Below are positions 40,201-52,310 of a stretch of DNA of 64,000 nucleotides, one piece after another (the stretch's first letter is position 1; each line of letters opens with the position of its first letter). The DNA is taken from NCBI GenBank assembly GCA_036172245.1, contig JAYWIR010000044.1, positions 124,001 to 188,000 on the forward strand, written 5' to 3'. The notes under the pieces are model-generated. The model saw nothing but the letters and a program-made list of their open reading frames with translations, was not told the origin of the DNA and searched no databases. The position numbers were made by a program, and so were the translations under genes. The stretch comes from Raillietiella orientalis. Lineage: Eukaryota.

Positions 40201-42243
40201 GCGTGGTGTTCAAGAGTTCACTTGGCTGAAGGGTCGCGGTGGTAGGTCAGGGGAACTGATCTCAAAGGCACAGCTTATTCGTGGATCGAAAAACGCGTTT
40301 ACGTATTGTCTTGTTGGTTGCCATTAATCGTCCACTTTTGTGCGAGTTAATTGCAAAGTTCATTACCATCTGCCTGGGATTTTTGTCATCCGCTGGAGCT
40401 TTATCACTGGCTGTAAGAAAAAGGGAAAGATCCTTAGAAAGGGATTGCGGAGGATACAAAGCAACTTTGTGAGAAAAAGCTTGGGTTATAGTGGATGAAG
40501 CGAACTGACTTTTGTGGTTATGACAGTCTGCTATTGTTTCTCACGATGGATGGTGCTCTCAGCACTGAGACTTTCGAAACCATTTACGTGGAGCAAAATT
40601 GGGGAGGAAAGATGGTTAATGGTTGTCGATTTTGCACAGTTGACAGCTTCACCGGGGTTTTCGAATCCTCTTCAGGAGGAAAAATCCGTTTCCAGCAGTT
40701 GCAGGTGATGGGGGTGGTGGATCGGAAAGGCTGAGGAACGAACGGACGATGGTTTGGGGTATCTTCGGTCCTGGAGGAATCGAGCGCTCCTGTGCGAAAG
40801 CGCAGGGAATGTGTGCAATACGGACGTCGACCCAGAGCTTCTGTTTTGGAAAGTTGACAACTTGCAGGGCGTGTCCGCGGGTAGTCTTTATGGGAATCAG
40901 CTCGTTGGGTTGATCACTTTTTTTTTCCTGGCGGGCTGAAATCTGAGCTGGTAGACCGGCTCGAACATCCAGCAGCCGACAACTGGAGGGATGCTTTCCC
41001 CGTCCCTGCCAAGCGAACTGCGCAAATCGAGCCCCGCTCTGCGGCCCGGCACGTGGACCAGTTGGTGCGCAGCGGGTGGAGGGTTTCTGCGCCGAAACGG
41101 GAATCCCTTCCCCGTCAGTCTTGGGGTGACGGCAGTGCCCTTGGTGTGCACGAGGACGCGGCGGTCCCCGCGTTCTCCTGTGACCGGTCCCGCGTGTTGC
41201 TGCTGCGTCACGTGTCTTCGCCTAGCGATTGGAAACTCCGCGTTGAATTATTCAGATCGTTTTCGGGATGCTCCGGCAGGCTCGAACCAGGGTAACTCGT
41301 GACAACTTGCAGATGGGGCGCAAAAAATTCCTGCATTTTGTTTTGCTCTTAATTCGAGGAGCACTGATTGGAACCGGGCAGGATGAAGGCATGGCTGGAG
41401 GAATTCGCATGCTGTTGCATTAATTTAATGAAATTAACCGCTGCCTTCCTTCAGCGTCGGGCGCCTGTTTGCCTGTAGTGTTTTACTTCGATGCAAATTA
41501 GGGCGATTAGGAATTCATCCCCAGACAAAACCAGCGCTCGAGCGGACACAGTCCACAAGCTTCTTGCGCCCGGATCCGGGCAAACCCATTACTCGCTCGC
41601 GGCAGAAACCTCGGTACCGAGAAATGCGTGAGTTCGCGTCCAGACTCGATCCCCCGATGCGTCAGAAAACTCCCTTCCCGTCCCCCCCGCCTCAACTTCC
41701 TGCTCCCTCTTGCACGCCCGTCGCCGACCGGTTCCTCTCTCCTGCACCCGCGAAGCCTCCAGCGTTCCCCGAATCATGGTTCCAGGACGCATCAACCAGA
41801 GCTTCAGTTTCGTTTGGACCAACTTTTGGGGATGACCGGGTTTGAAGCAGCCACAGAGCTGGACAGACTGAGAAAACGGAGGATTTCTTTGTGGGTGGGA
41901 TGCTGTCCACAAACGTGCAAAATGCTGCTGAGATTCCCCGTTGTGTACGAGGGGGATAAAAGGAAAAAGGAAGGAAAGATCCAAACAGAATTTCTAAAAA
42001 CAAACCGGCAAGGAGCGAAAGAAATGGAGGACGGTTTAAGAAAGCGATGATGACAATGATGGTGGTCATGCTCGTGCCGATGTCGCTGATGAGGATGCTG
42101 TTGTTGCTGGTGGTGGTGATGAACATGTCTGGGAGATGTTTGAGAGGATTAATGCTTTTGATACTTGAGAGTACTTAGAGCATGATGGCAGTCATCAGTT
42201 GATTTCCTTCCATCTGGTTGGGTGACGGTGTGTTGGCTTATTG

Positions 42244-43120
42244 CGAGGAGCATTTCTAAAGTAAGGGCGGATAGGATATAAAGAAAGAGCAAATAAACGG
42301 AAACAAAAATACGTATTGGTGGTTCCAAAAACGTACATCTCCATGTCATTTTTCTGCGCAGTCACCAATTTTTTCAAAACACTTTGGATACCGTGGGAGA
42401 AGCTTTTCAAAACCGTCTGCATGAAATTCCGCCGCCTTTTTTCAAATCCTCACTTTTCCCCTCGAATCGTCGAGCCACTTCTTGAGGTGCAGGAAGACGT
42501 GGTCGTCAGTGGACAGGACTGCGAGTCGGGTGATCAAAAAGGTCCTATTTGAAATTCCGAAATGTCTGGAAGGAGCGGGCAGCTTGCGTTGCCAAGGCGC
42601 GCGTTGTCATGAACGAGAAGAGAAATTCCCAGCATTCCACGTCGTCGGTTCTGGATGGCACGCCGCAGTTCCAAAAGCGTTTCTCAGGAGACTTGCGGAT
42701 AGACGGTTGTTTTAGGCTCCATGAAGTCCACCAAGAGCGCACACCCCCTTGGTCTCACACCCGGCTGTGTCCGCACATTCCGGACAATTCAGAAATCCAA
42801 ATGGGAACTTCCTGGTCACAGTCCCACCCGCCCGGTGACTATCGCGTCTTCCTTCCTGCACCTCCAGAAGTGGCCCAACGATTCCAGAGGGAACGCGAGC
42901 TGTTGAAAAACTTCAGCGCTGCTGAACTCCCAGGCGGCGGAATTCCATGCAGAGGGTTCCAAAAAGCCCCATCCACGGTATCCGAAGTGTTCGGAAAAGA
43001 TGGCGACTACGTAGAGAAATGACGTGGGGATGTACGTTTTTGGAACCACCAATACGTATTTTTGTTCCTCTTTATTCGTTCTTTCCTTCTATCCGATCCG
43101 CCCTTTCGAAACGCGTCCCG
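42244..43120 (+). mobile_element. Non-autonomous mariner derivative with ~190 bp inverted arms
   Basis: Mariner-type TIR (CGAGGAGCATTTCTAAAGTAAGGGCGGAT). Internal remnant resembles the mariner transposase C-terminus (WELPGHSP..., GDYVEK*). 42244-42437 is an inverted copy of 42931-43120. Confidence 0.85.
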
Positions 43121-43129
43121 TGGTTGCCG

Positions 43130-43900
43130 AAGCTCAATGGGAGCGATCACTTTTCGAAATGTTTCAGTCATTCCTGGGCCCGCATTGCATTGAGCAAAAA
43201 CTGCACGCCGAGGGTCGCACAAGTCGCTGTCTTCGAGGATGTAGAGCGTTCGTTCCTGAATTTTGTTTGCGACGCACGCTCGTAAGCAACTTTGCGCTAG
43301 TAGTGACAGAACCGGGAGCATTGGAAACATGCATTCGTTTCCAAGGTTCCGCGCCGCAAGCTTTTTCGATGACTGCAGTTGTCCGGTGGCATGACAAAAG
43401 CGAGATTCAGCTGCACCCCCATGCTCTCGAGAACCGACCGAAGTGCTCTGGTAAATCTTGACCCATCCTGACCCAGCTGCTCTTCAGAGGTCCAGAGCAC
43501 AACAGATACGTTCTACTATCCCAGGAGGTTTTTCGCCCCCACTGCCCGCATCCCAGAACACGGAACCGAGTGGCAAAAGTGTGCTCGCACAAGCTGAACC
43601 CGACTGCTTTTGTCTCGAGAAACTTGAAAAGACATGGCTGCCGCATCGGAAAATGGGAGCAGCAGCATTTCGCCCTATTGTGCATGGGTTATTATACTAA
43701 ACTCGCGACAATGTACGCTATGGACGAAGAGTGTGCAAGTGGAAGTGAAGCCCTCTTTGCAGGTGCGAGCGAAGAAGGAACCCATTGCTCAGCACCACTG
43801 GTAGATCAATGTCACAGGTATAGAACGGAAGCAAGCAGCTGCCGTTTGAAGGTCAGGTCATCCAATTCAGAGATCGCCTCAATGAAAGCATCATATCTTC
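43130..43900 (-). mobile_element. Academ-like DNA transposon remnant
   Basis: LHLHTL..HNRAK, EHT...FWDA...VE...LKSS and DP...F..IAP remnants resembling LHL/HxNYAK/FW..D..IEQ motifs. Confidence 0.35.
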
Positions 43901-44130
43901 CCGTCTCCCACTGGATCACCTCCCACCCTGGTTGTCTCCGAAGGGGAGCCCGAAGGGAATCTCCTTCTTCATTCTCTCCGGAGGGAAACCCCCCGGGTTG
44001 GGGGTCCTCTCCATTTTACCTCCGAAGGGAACCCGGAAAGGATCCGTTCCTGTTCACTCTGAAGAGAACCCCGAAGGGACGCTTCCGAAATTCAGAAGGG
44101 GCGCTGCAGCTTCCCGGAGATTTGAAAGAT
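43900..44130 (-). mobile_element. SINE internal fragment
   Basis: TTCTCTCCGGAGGGAAACCC and CTGAAGAGAACCCCGAAGGGACG match 58700-58760. Confidence 0.55.
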
Positions 44131-45249
44131 TTCTCCCCACTCTTTGCATCCGGGTTCGTCGTGGCAACCGTTGCTGGGACGAAATCCGCTACGAATACTC
44201 TTTAGCGCACCGTACAGAATACCGGTTAAATATTCTGGAGGCTGCTGGTCATCGTCCAGCCCGCCTTGAACGATCGAACGCAGCCATCACGTTCTAGCTT
44301 CTAAAACCGCCCTTTGAAACCCTTCCCACTAGAAAGGAACCCATGCCCCACATGGCTCTTTAAAGATGTTCAAAAGTTGCACTTCTCGCTCCTTGCCTTT
44401 TTGTCTCTCTTGCCCTCCCTCCCTCCCCTCCCCACAGAGAGAGCAAGTTTTCGGCAATTACTCCTTGTCCCATGAATGCCTCCGTACTGTTCCTTTGATT
44501 TCACACCAATCCGGCTGCGAGGCAAAGTGAGATGACTTATAAACGAGCGGGCTCGAATCGGTTCCGAGAGCGCGCGCGGCGGCAGCCGTAATGGGTCCAA
44601 TAAAGCACAGACACATCTTGGGAGCAGCATTGCCGGCGTCTTTTCCACCGGAAATTTTTCCGTGTTTTCTGATCTCATAAGCATCGCTGTCTAATGAGAT
44701 GACTTCCTCCTGTTTTGCTCCGATAGGCGGAACGGAGCAGGATCGTCTCCCACGGGATGCCTGTTCATCCAGACTTGTTTTACTTTCTCATACTCGCAAT
44801 GACACCGTGTCCGGTACTCTGTCTCGTGTTATGCAAAATTCAGTGACTCGTGCATTCGCTCCAGCATAAATTGAGGAGCCGCAGTTTGGTGACGTAGTTT
44901 GGGCTAGCCGCTTGCCAGGCGCCTCGATCCTCAAAGTCCGTTCGGAGCAGTACCAGCGATGTGGTTCACGTGTGATTCTTGTCCTTGAGGAAGATCGGGA
45001 AAGAATGCTCGGTTTCCTCTCCCAATGGCACGCTCTTGAGCTTCGCAGTGTCTTTCAGCGGAAGGACGGCTCCTCTCCAATTTCTTGCAGGGGCCGAACA
45101 TTCTCTTCTCACAACCGCTCTGATTTCCGGATTTATTTATTTATTTTTTAATTCGCCTTTCCAGGAACATCCAATGTAGTTGGTGGATTTTTCCATTAAA
45201 CTTTTCCATGTCCGACCTCTTCTCTTTTTGCGATGGGGTTCAAGGAAAA

Positions 45250-45900
45250 GCCTTTTCCATCACAGAGTCATCGATAGCTGGAGAGAAAATGCGAATTCGT
45301 GAAGCGGAGTCCATGAAAAGTTAAGGGAGATGTTCCACTTGGAGTTCTCTGGAAGCATTCATCGCGCGGAATTCACCCAGAGGTGACTTTCCCGTGATTG
45401 CATCCAGGGTTGCAGCAGCAAGGTCGTACACGTCGCTTTTGCGAGCAGTTCCGCTCGCCGAAGTGGGTTCGCTTCCATGGGGACCGACCTCCCGACCTCC
45501 ACACTTATTTTAAGCATGTGGGGGAGCCGCACAAGGAGATTTGTTCGGCGCAAGGCATAGAGAAGCCGTAATAAGTCACGTGTCCGGCACGTCCAAGGCC
45601 CCCCGCTCCTTGATTCAGAATACACGCTTCCCCGGTTCGTCTTTCGTCTGGAGGAGCAAACCAAGGAAGAGTAGAAATCCCTCATTTCGAGAACAGGCAG
45701 AAAGATGCCGTTTCCTGCTTGGGAGAATATCGCGAGTCAGAACACTTCCTGTACAGTGCAGAATATGTGAAGTTCTCCTCCTCCAACTCCCTTCTTCCTC
45801 TCTTCCTCCTCATCAGATCATTGAGCGCATCAACAGTCATACTAGATGATCGTCCAATCTCGTCACAGTCATCACCAGCATCATCTCAGAATAACTGTGG
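45250..45900 (-). mobile_element. piggyBac-like transposase N-terminal half remnant
   Basis: Acidic N-terminus, EMRDF...KTN, and NPG.AIT...EFR...CF...PS (PGxxITVDExLxxFRGRCxF-like). Confidence 0.4.
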
Positions 45901-46429
45901 ACCGTCGAAGAGGAAGGAAAAGGAAGGACCTCATCCGGTAAGCTGAACGTGACCTCGCTCTGCTCTCAAGCTCCGAATGGGGGTATGGCTGTCGCACCCA
46001 CGATAGCGAACCCACTTTGGCAAGCAGATCAGACTCTGCAGACTATGAAACAAAGGTTGGGTCAGGGAGTGCCGCATGGGACGCTCATCGGATCGCGTGG
46101 AAGGCGTTGGTCGTCGCCACGGACAGCACGAGGTTGCCCAGAGTCTGCTCAGAAACAGGCGGTCCTGAAAACGGGTGACGCCTGTGTGTCGATCCAGCAT
46201 CCAGCGCTTCCAGACAGAAGCGCTTCCTGCCTCGGGGCGTTCCGTTTCGTCGGAGGTCGGCAGGTGGCTTTGGATGGCGCGCATAAGGGTTCAAGGGGGG
46301 GGGGGGGGGGAGAGCTCACCTGCAGCCCCGTCGCCGCAAGTCTTGGTGACAGCTCTTTCCTTGTTCGTGCATCATTTCTCGGACAGAAGAGATATCCAGA
46401 AGATTCAGAAAGTGGGAAGAATTTCTACA

Positions 46430-47640
46430 AGCGCAGAGTCAACCGGCGTACCTCCCTCCAGACCAGGATTGTAGGGCAAGTTTGCGGACCCAGTAAAGAA
46501 CGCCAGGAAACCCACACCAACCTGACCCAAAAGCAAAGAAGGCCACAGAACAGATTGGGATCTAAAAGCCTCTAACCAGTTTACTCCATGTAGTGATTCC
46601 AGGCTAATTTCAGGGAGAAGCTATGGGTCCTTCTGGATACAACACATGGTGGATGCTCCGCCATTGCATTCGAGGATGTAAGATCGAGGAAAAATGACTG
46701 GCCATCCACTTTTCAACATAGGGACACCTGGAAACTGTGGATTTCATCGGGTAGACTCCGAACGAACATGGGTGATAGAGATCTTGAAGAAGAAAGCAAA
46801 AGTACTCAGAGGTGATACGCTACAAGCATGGGACTTTGATTTGACATACACTTGAGGGAATCCTGTCGATGGCATCGCGGGGGAGCAGCTAGTCGTGACG
46901 TCCGGACGATTAGATGTAGCGAGTGACCACAGTGCAGAGGCGCTCCCAGTAGAGAGCGCTCAAGAAACCCCAGCTCTCATGAGCACTGAGTTCAGAAGCG
47001 GCGAAGCGCTCTTGAAGAGTCCGCTGCTCGCAGAGTCTGCCGTTTCCAAGGAAACGCTGCGGTGAGGGATCGGTGATTCGAGAGATGTCTGATGAGCTGA
47101 AGTGCACCGGTGAAAGACCGCATCATGCTCTGGGCTCTCCTCAGCGGGAGGCTGCAAACTTTCTCTTCGGCAGGGGGACTTCATAAAAATGCAGATGGTG
47201 GAATCTCAGCAGTCAGTGGAATGACGGCAGGTGGCGCGCGAGACTCGAGGAACTTCCAGAGAGGCGCATGCTGCCACTCTCGAAGAAGGAGAGTATTTGA
47301 GAAAGAAACGCCATCGGCGATAAGTTCGGGAAAAATCCTAAGGTGTAGTGGCGGAAGATTGCCAGGGTGATGGGGGAAAGAAGGGAGCCTTTGCAATGCT
47401 ACCACGCTTGGTGAACGACGGTAGGATATACACCCAAGGTGGGAATCTGCTATCGTCCATCGCGCACGCGACCTGATTGGTAGGTGAATTGCTGGAAGAG
47501 GACGGGAGCAAGCGGGTAATCCAGACCTTAAGCCGCATCGCACGCCATAGTAGTGGGCCACCCGTGAAGCATAGCGAGGTCGCAACTGCCTGCTATTCTC
47601 CCCTCCTTCGTTACTCTCCGCACGCATCCGGCCTCTCAGC
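46430..47640 (+). mobile_element. Penelope-like element RT remnant
   Basis: TNLTQKQRR...(ADKG-like)...VLLDT and NDGRIYTQ..G...LSSIA...ELLEE...LRY remnants in the expected order. Confidence 0.4.
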
Positions 47641-48686
47641 AGCAGGAAACCAAGGCTGTTCTTGGAAACCGTGACCCGAAAGTCCAGCTGCCGACAGGTT
47701 GCGGAATCATGGAGAGTGCAAGTGACGAAAAACTGCAGACTTCAGTCATCCACGTGATCCGTCCCTCAATCAGAAGCATAACGAAGGACACACACCTCGC
47801 ATGTTCTCGAGAAAAAATCTGTTCTGATGCCGAAGAGTGACTTTCCGTATGGCGTCAACACAGCACAGAAGAAGCAATAAAATTTCAAACGCAAAAGAGC
47901 AACAATTACTTTTCTTCGCATTCTCCTCATCCAAAGATCTTGTCCTGGACCTCACCTTAGCCTTCTGGCTACGGCTTGCCAAGATTCGTGTCCTTTTGAG
48001 CTCTCTTGAGCGCGCGTGCGCTGCTCCTATCTGTCAGTGATGGTACATCCGCGTATTTGGTGGCAGTGCCCTCAGTGTGTCAGTCAGCAATGCAGCTAAT
48101 AGAGATGACACCTGACATTCGTTTTACATCCGCATCTGAGAGTGTCCTGGCCCGCTGAGCTATGGACCAGCTAGAGAAAAGCTCAGATAGGTAGCCACCT
48201 TTAGTTATTTATTAATTCAGCCCATTTCTCGCGAACTCCTACGTGGATGTAATGAATATTTCAGGCTGGCAATTATATTTCATTACACTGTAACCTACCC
48301 CAGGGGAAAATTCTGTGTTCGAAATCGTACTTTGCAATAAATGCGCGTAAATTAGTGATGAATCCCAGGAATTCGTTCCCGCGCGCATTCGTTCTTTCTC
48401 GGGATGAGATGGGAAACATCATCCGCTCCCTCGCATTCATTATTTTTCACGGCGCGACGCAACGGCGGAGTTCATCATACACTCAGGAACGAAATTGGAC
48501 TTTCTGGAGGCACGCCGTGCTTCTCCGAGCTACTGTGGAATCCATTTCTAGCCTGGGAAGCTGATGCGTAAGTGACCGTCCAGTCCATTTGCCGCGAACC
48601 CTCTAGAGGTCACCGCTATGACATGGATGATCATCCAGTACAACTGCTGATGCGCTTGATGATATGACAAAGAGGCAGTGGAAGGA

Positions 48687-49185
48687 AGGAGGAGGAGTTG
48701 TCAAGGGAACCAGAAAGAAGGTCGTCAGATTCGTCCTTCATGCCTACGCCCATTTCTCATATCCACCTGCACCTCTTCCACGCCTTCGTCCTGGCCATGC
48801 GTAATCCACCACGTTTGCATGAACCGGCTGTACGCCGCCAGGCGTCCTCTGCATCCTGTCCAGAATGCCGGCAAGTTCCTGGAGGTGTAGCAGATGCACA
48901 CAGCGCCCAGGTGGAGTCATCTCGAGGCGGTCCTTAGGAAGATCCGAGCCCAGATCAGAAGCCAGGATGCCGTCCCTGCCATTCTGGCCTCTTCTTTCCG
49001 CGTTCCTGGCTGTCACGATCCCGCGAAGACAGCAGAGAACTGCGAGGGACGCGACTGGAGGCAGAGCGGCACGAGCAAAGAGGCAGGATGGCCTAGGATG
49101 ATGGAAACCTTTTTGAGGATCTTCTGTTATCTCTTCTTTCCTCCCAAGTGTTGAAGAACCTTTCGCCTCCTTAGTGTGGAGCCCA
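48687..49185 (-). mobile_element. Tx1-like LINE 3' fragment lacking the 3' UTR (part of an inverted duplication)
   Basis: Reverse complement of 16300-16797 with only a few substitutions. Confidence 0.85.
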
Positions 49186-49760
49186 GAAAGTTCCTCAACA
49201 CTGTCCACTCCCCCCAGGTGTGCGGATCAACTGTTCAAGTTATGGGGTTAGCCCTGGAGGGGACCTATGAATCCAGAAAGGCTCCGGAGGAAGTAGTCCG
49301 TTCCCCTTACGCTTGGTAGGGTATTCCCAAAGAGAACCCTCGTCCAGGCTGTGTACTAAGGGGGCCCCCGCAAGGGGACCTCTCCTCCGAAGGGAACTCC
49401 GGAGGGATGCTTCCGAATTCTCCCGGAAGGGCACTTCCCGAAGAGAGCAAAGCGCTTCTTCCTGGAGACACGACCCTTTGAAAGGGGTTATCTATCAGCT
49501 GCATGGTGCGCGATGACGGTGGTTCCCTCCCGAGCTCCTTGATTCCTGGAAGGATCCTGGAGGGACAGCTTCCAGTCGCAACCAGTCAACAAGGGCGTCC
49601 GTCTTCCAGTGCCGCACCCGAAGCCTATAAAGTCTACCAAGGTCGTCCTGCGGGTGAATGTGGAAACCGCGACACACCCATTTTTCGACCTTTCCCGGGT
49701 GGGATTTGAACCCGCAACGAGCGGAGAACGCAGGCAAGTCGAGCCCATCCGCACCTCCAT
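49186..49760 (-). mobile_element. tRNA-derived SINE, near full length
   Basis: B-box GCGGGTTCAAATCCCACCCGGG at ~49695-49716 (minus strand), family body and tail. Confidence 0.75.
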
Positions 49761-51409
49761 CGGTAACTTGTTCTTCGTCGAGGATACTTATTGGTATCCG
49801 CAAAAGCGTTGCTGCAGATGTCCATGTCTTTTACTGTTATTGGAATGTACCGTTCTGCACCTATCCTCCAAAGAAATCGTCTTGTACTGACAATTACGGA
49901 CGAAGAGCAGCCAGAATGCAGCAACGGGATGCATTCAGCTACTGAGCTTACCCTCTTTGGCGTCTGTTTTCCTGATTTCTCTTGGCTGCCAAGCAAACTC
50001 ACGGCATCTGCACTCCTCATACCGGTCGATTTTCTTTGCACAAGTGTTCAGTCTCCTGTAATTAAAGCACCCGCTTCGAAGGCTCTGTGGAAGTCGGGAT
50101 CGGATGAGATCGCAGCATCAAAAGGCCCTCACTGTCTCAAATAATTCTCACTGGGGACCCCCAGCCGGACGGCGAATGCACGATGATTTGCTGCGTGTGC
50201 TGCAAATCCTCGCGCATTCAGCGTCTCTTCTACATCCACTGCCTCCTCTGCAGACACACTCTTCCGCAGTCGGAACTCCACCCTTGACGACCCTTGGCGC
50301 CCGGCCACCTAGGAGAGTTCATCGCAAGCGGGAAGTGTTTCCGTGAATGTGCACTTAGGACGAGCCATTGGGAACCGGCGTTTGACCAAGAAGCCGGAAG
50401 CGTCACTCGACGCTGCTGGGCTTGGCAAGCACCAAACGTCGGGAAACTCAAAAGCCTCTTCCTGCGGCGCCTTCCATCCACGTTGCAGCGTTGCTCCAGC
50501 AAGCGCCTTTTTCCCCTGTGCCGTCTAGCCAGACTCGTCTGCTGCTTGATGAAGATCGCGACTGACGAGATGCCCCCTCATTCCTCCACCCCGCCGTGAC
50601 GTCAAGTCACCCGGAACTGAAACTTGTCGGCTTGGCGAAGGCGGCAGCTCCCAGCCCATGGCCCTTGCTCTTCGAACCCACCGTGGCGCTGTTGGCCTCC
50701 TCGACCGGCACACAAACCCATGGCATCTCGAGGCTGCTCCTCAATCCTGTACAGTTGCTTATCATCTCACCATTACATATTTCACATTTGCCATCCATAC
50801 GTACATATAAAACTTTGAATCAAATCATCCATAGCTTTATTGGATGACAGTTCGTGGAGCTCATGGAATGAACCGGTCCTGAAAAATGATTGATTTGATG
50901 GAGAAATGATCGGTTTGATGATTCTCTCGCTGATTAAGTTTCCGCAGGATAAAGTTTAAACCCGCTTCAATGATCTTCTGCAGTCAGAACTTAATTCTTC
51001 CGGAAGAATTTATTATTGCCGATGCTCTTTGAACGCAAGACGTTCATTTTTCTTCTTCTTGTCCATAACTCTTTCATCTGCTGCATCCCGAACGTGCGGC
51101 ACTTTTGTCACGTTCGTCTGGAGCAACCATTAACTGTTCGGGTTCCAATTTTGAGCACGTTTCTTCCAGCGGCTCCGGCAGCCACCCCGGGAGCCTATTC
51201 CCGCAAGGTTAGATTTCCGAAGAGGCTGGTGAACAATGGGGCTGAGAGACTTTGGCTTGCTGCCTGCTCCGCCAATGCAGCCTCCATTAATCTACGGAAG
51301 CAAACCGCGAAGGGGAAAGTGTGCCTGGTAGGTCTTTCCCGCCGAGCGAATGCGCACGCGTCCCAGGCAGAAGGCGAACACTGACAGTTTCTTCTAGCGG
51401 CCGCGAGTG

Positions 51410-52310
51410 AGTGGTCACTCGGGTGCGCCGGAACATTTATATATACAATAAATAGACATTTAATTTGGGTTAGACGCGTTACCGGTTCGCCACAGAGGCA
51501 GAGGGAAGGGGCAAACAAAAAAAGAAAAAGAAACAAAAATAGAAATAAAACGATTTTGAGGAGGTGCGGAAAGGGATCACTGTCTGCTGGGGCTTCCTCT
51601 GCATCCTTTGGAGGATGCCAGCAGGGTCTTTCTGGATATTGCTGTGCAAGTAGAGCCACCTTGTTGCTCTCCTCATGAATCGGACGGCGAAGTGGATGTG
51701 GCACCCCTGTCGCTGTGTCCTCTTCTCGCGTCGCTCCATGCAGCGGCGATCCCGCGTAGGCAGCAGGGAGCTGCTAGCGGAGCTGCTGGCCGAAGTGCGT
51801 CCGCGTAGGAGGAGGGGACGTAAGGCGACCCTGGAGTTGCTACCGGGGCTCCTAGGGTCGCGGCAGAGCGTTCCCAGAGGGTCCGGAGGGCAACAACACA
51901 ACCCACAAGCAGGAGCGGGAGGGATTCGCGCTTCCCGCACTTGACAGTGTTCGGGTCCACACACCCCGTGTCCAGTGATACCAGCAGGCGTTGCACGGGA
52001 GACCCCAGTGTAGCAGCATCTGCCTCACATAGATCTAAGGACCTCTCATTAAGCCTGCTGCCCATGTGTTCCCTGAGGGAAGGGAGGTTGTCAGTCCTGC
52101 CCACTCCCTCTTCAACGGGTGTTCCAGGATCTCCTGGAGCAAGCAGTTGTTGTAGGAACAGCTGCGTCTGTTCCGGGCACGTCTCGTTGTGCTGTGCCCA
52201 TGTGCGAACGGTTTCCTGCAACCGGGCGCTACTGTTCTCGGGACGGCAGGAGATCCAGCGGATGTTCTTCCTGGTGAGCGTGGCCACCCTCCGAAGCTGC
52301 AGTACGCAGT
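51410..52310 (-). mobile_element. 5'-truncated copy of the Tx1-like LINE
   Basis: ORF 51673-52287 (SARLQETVRTW...KCGKRESLPLLLVGC...LW) and terminal ATAAATGTTCCGGCGCACCCGAGTGA. Confidence 0.85.

Noticed and set aside
47083..47125. CTGATGA...GAAA inside the Penelope-like remnant
   Set aside because: Stems I and II are weakly possible, but there is no stem III or NUH cleavage site, and it lies within RT-coding sequence.
49690..49760. tRNA gene
   Set aside because: A B-box is present but there is no full cloverleaf; it is the head of a repeated SINE.
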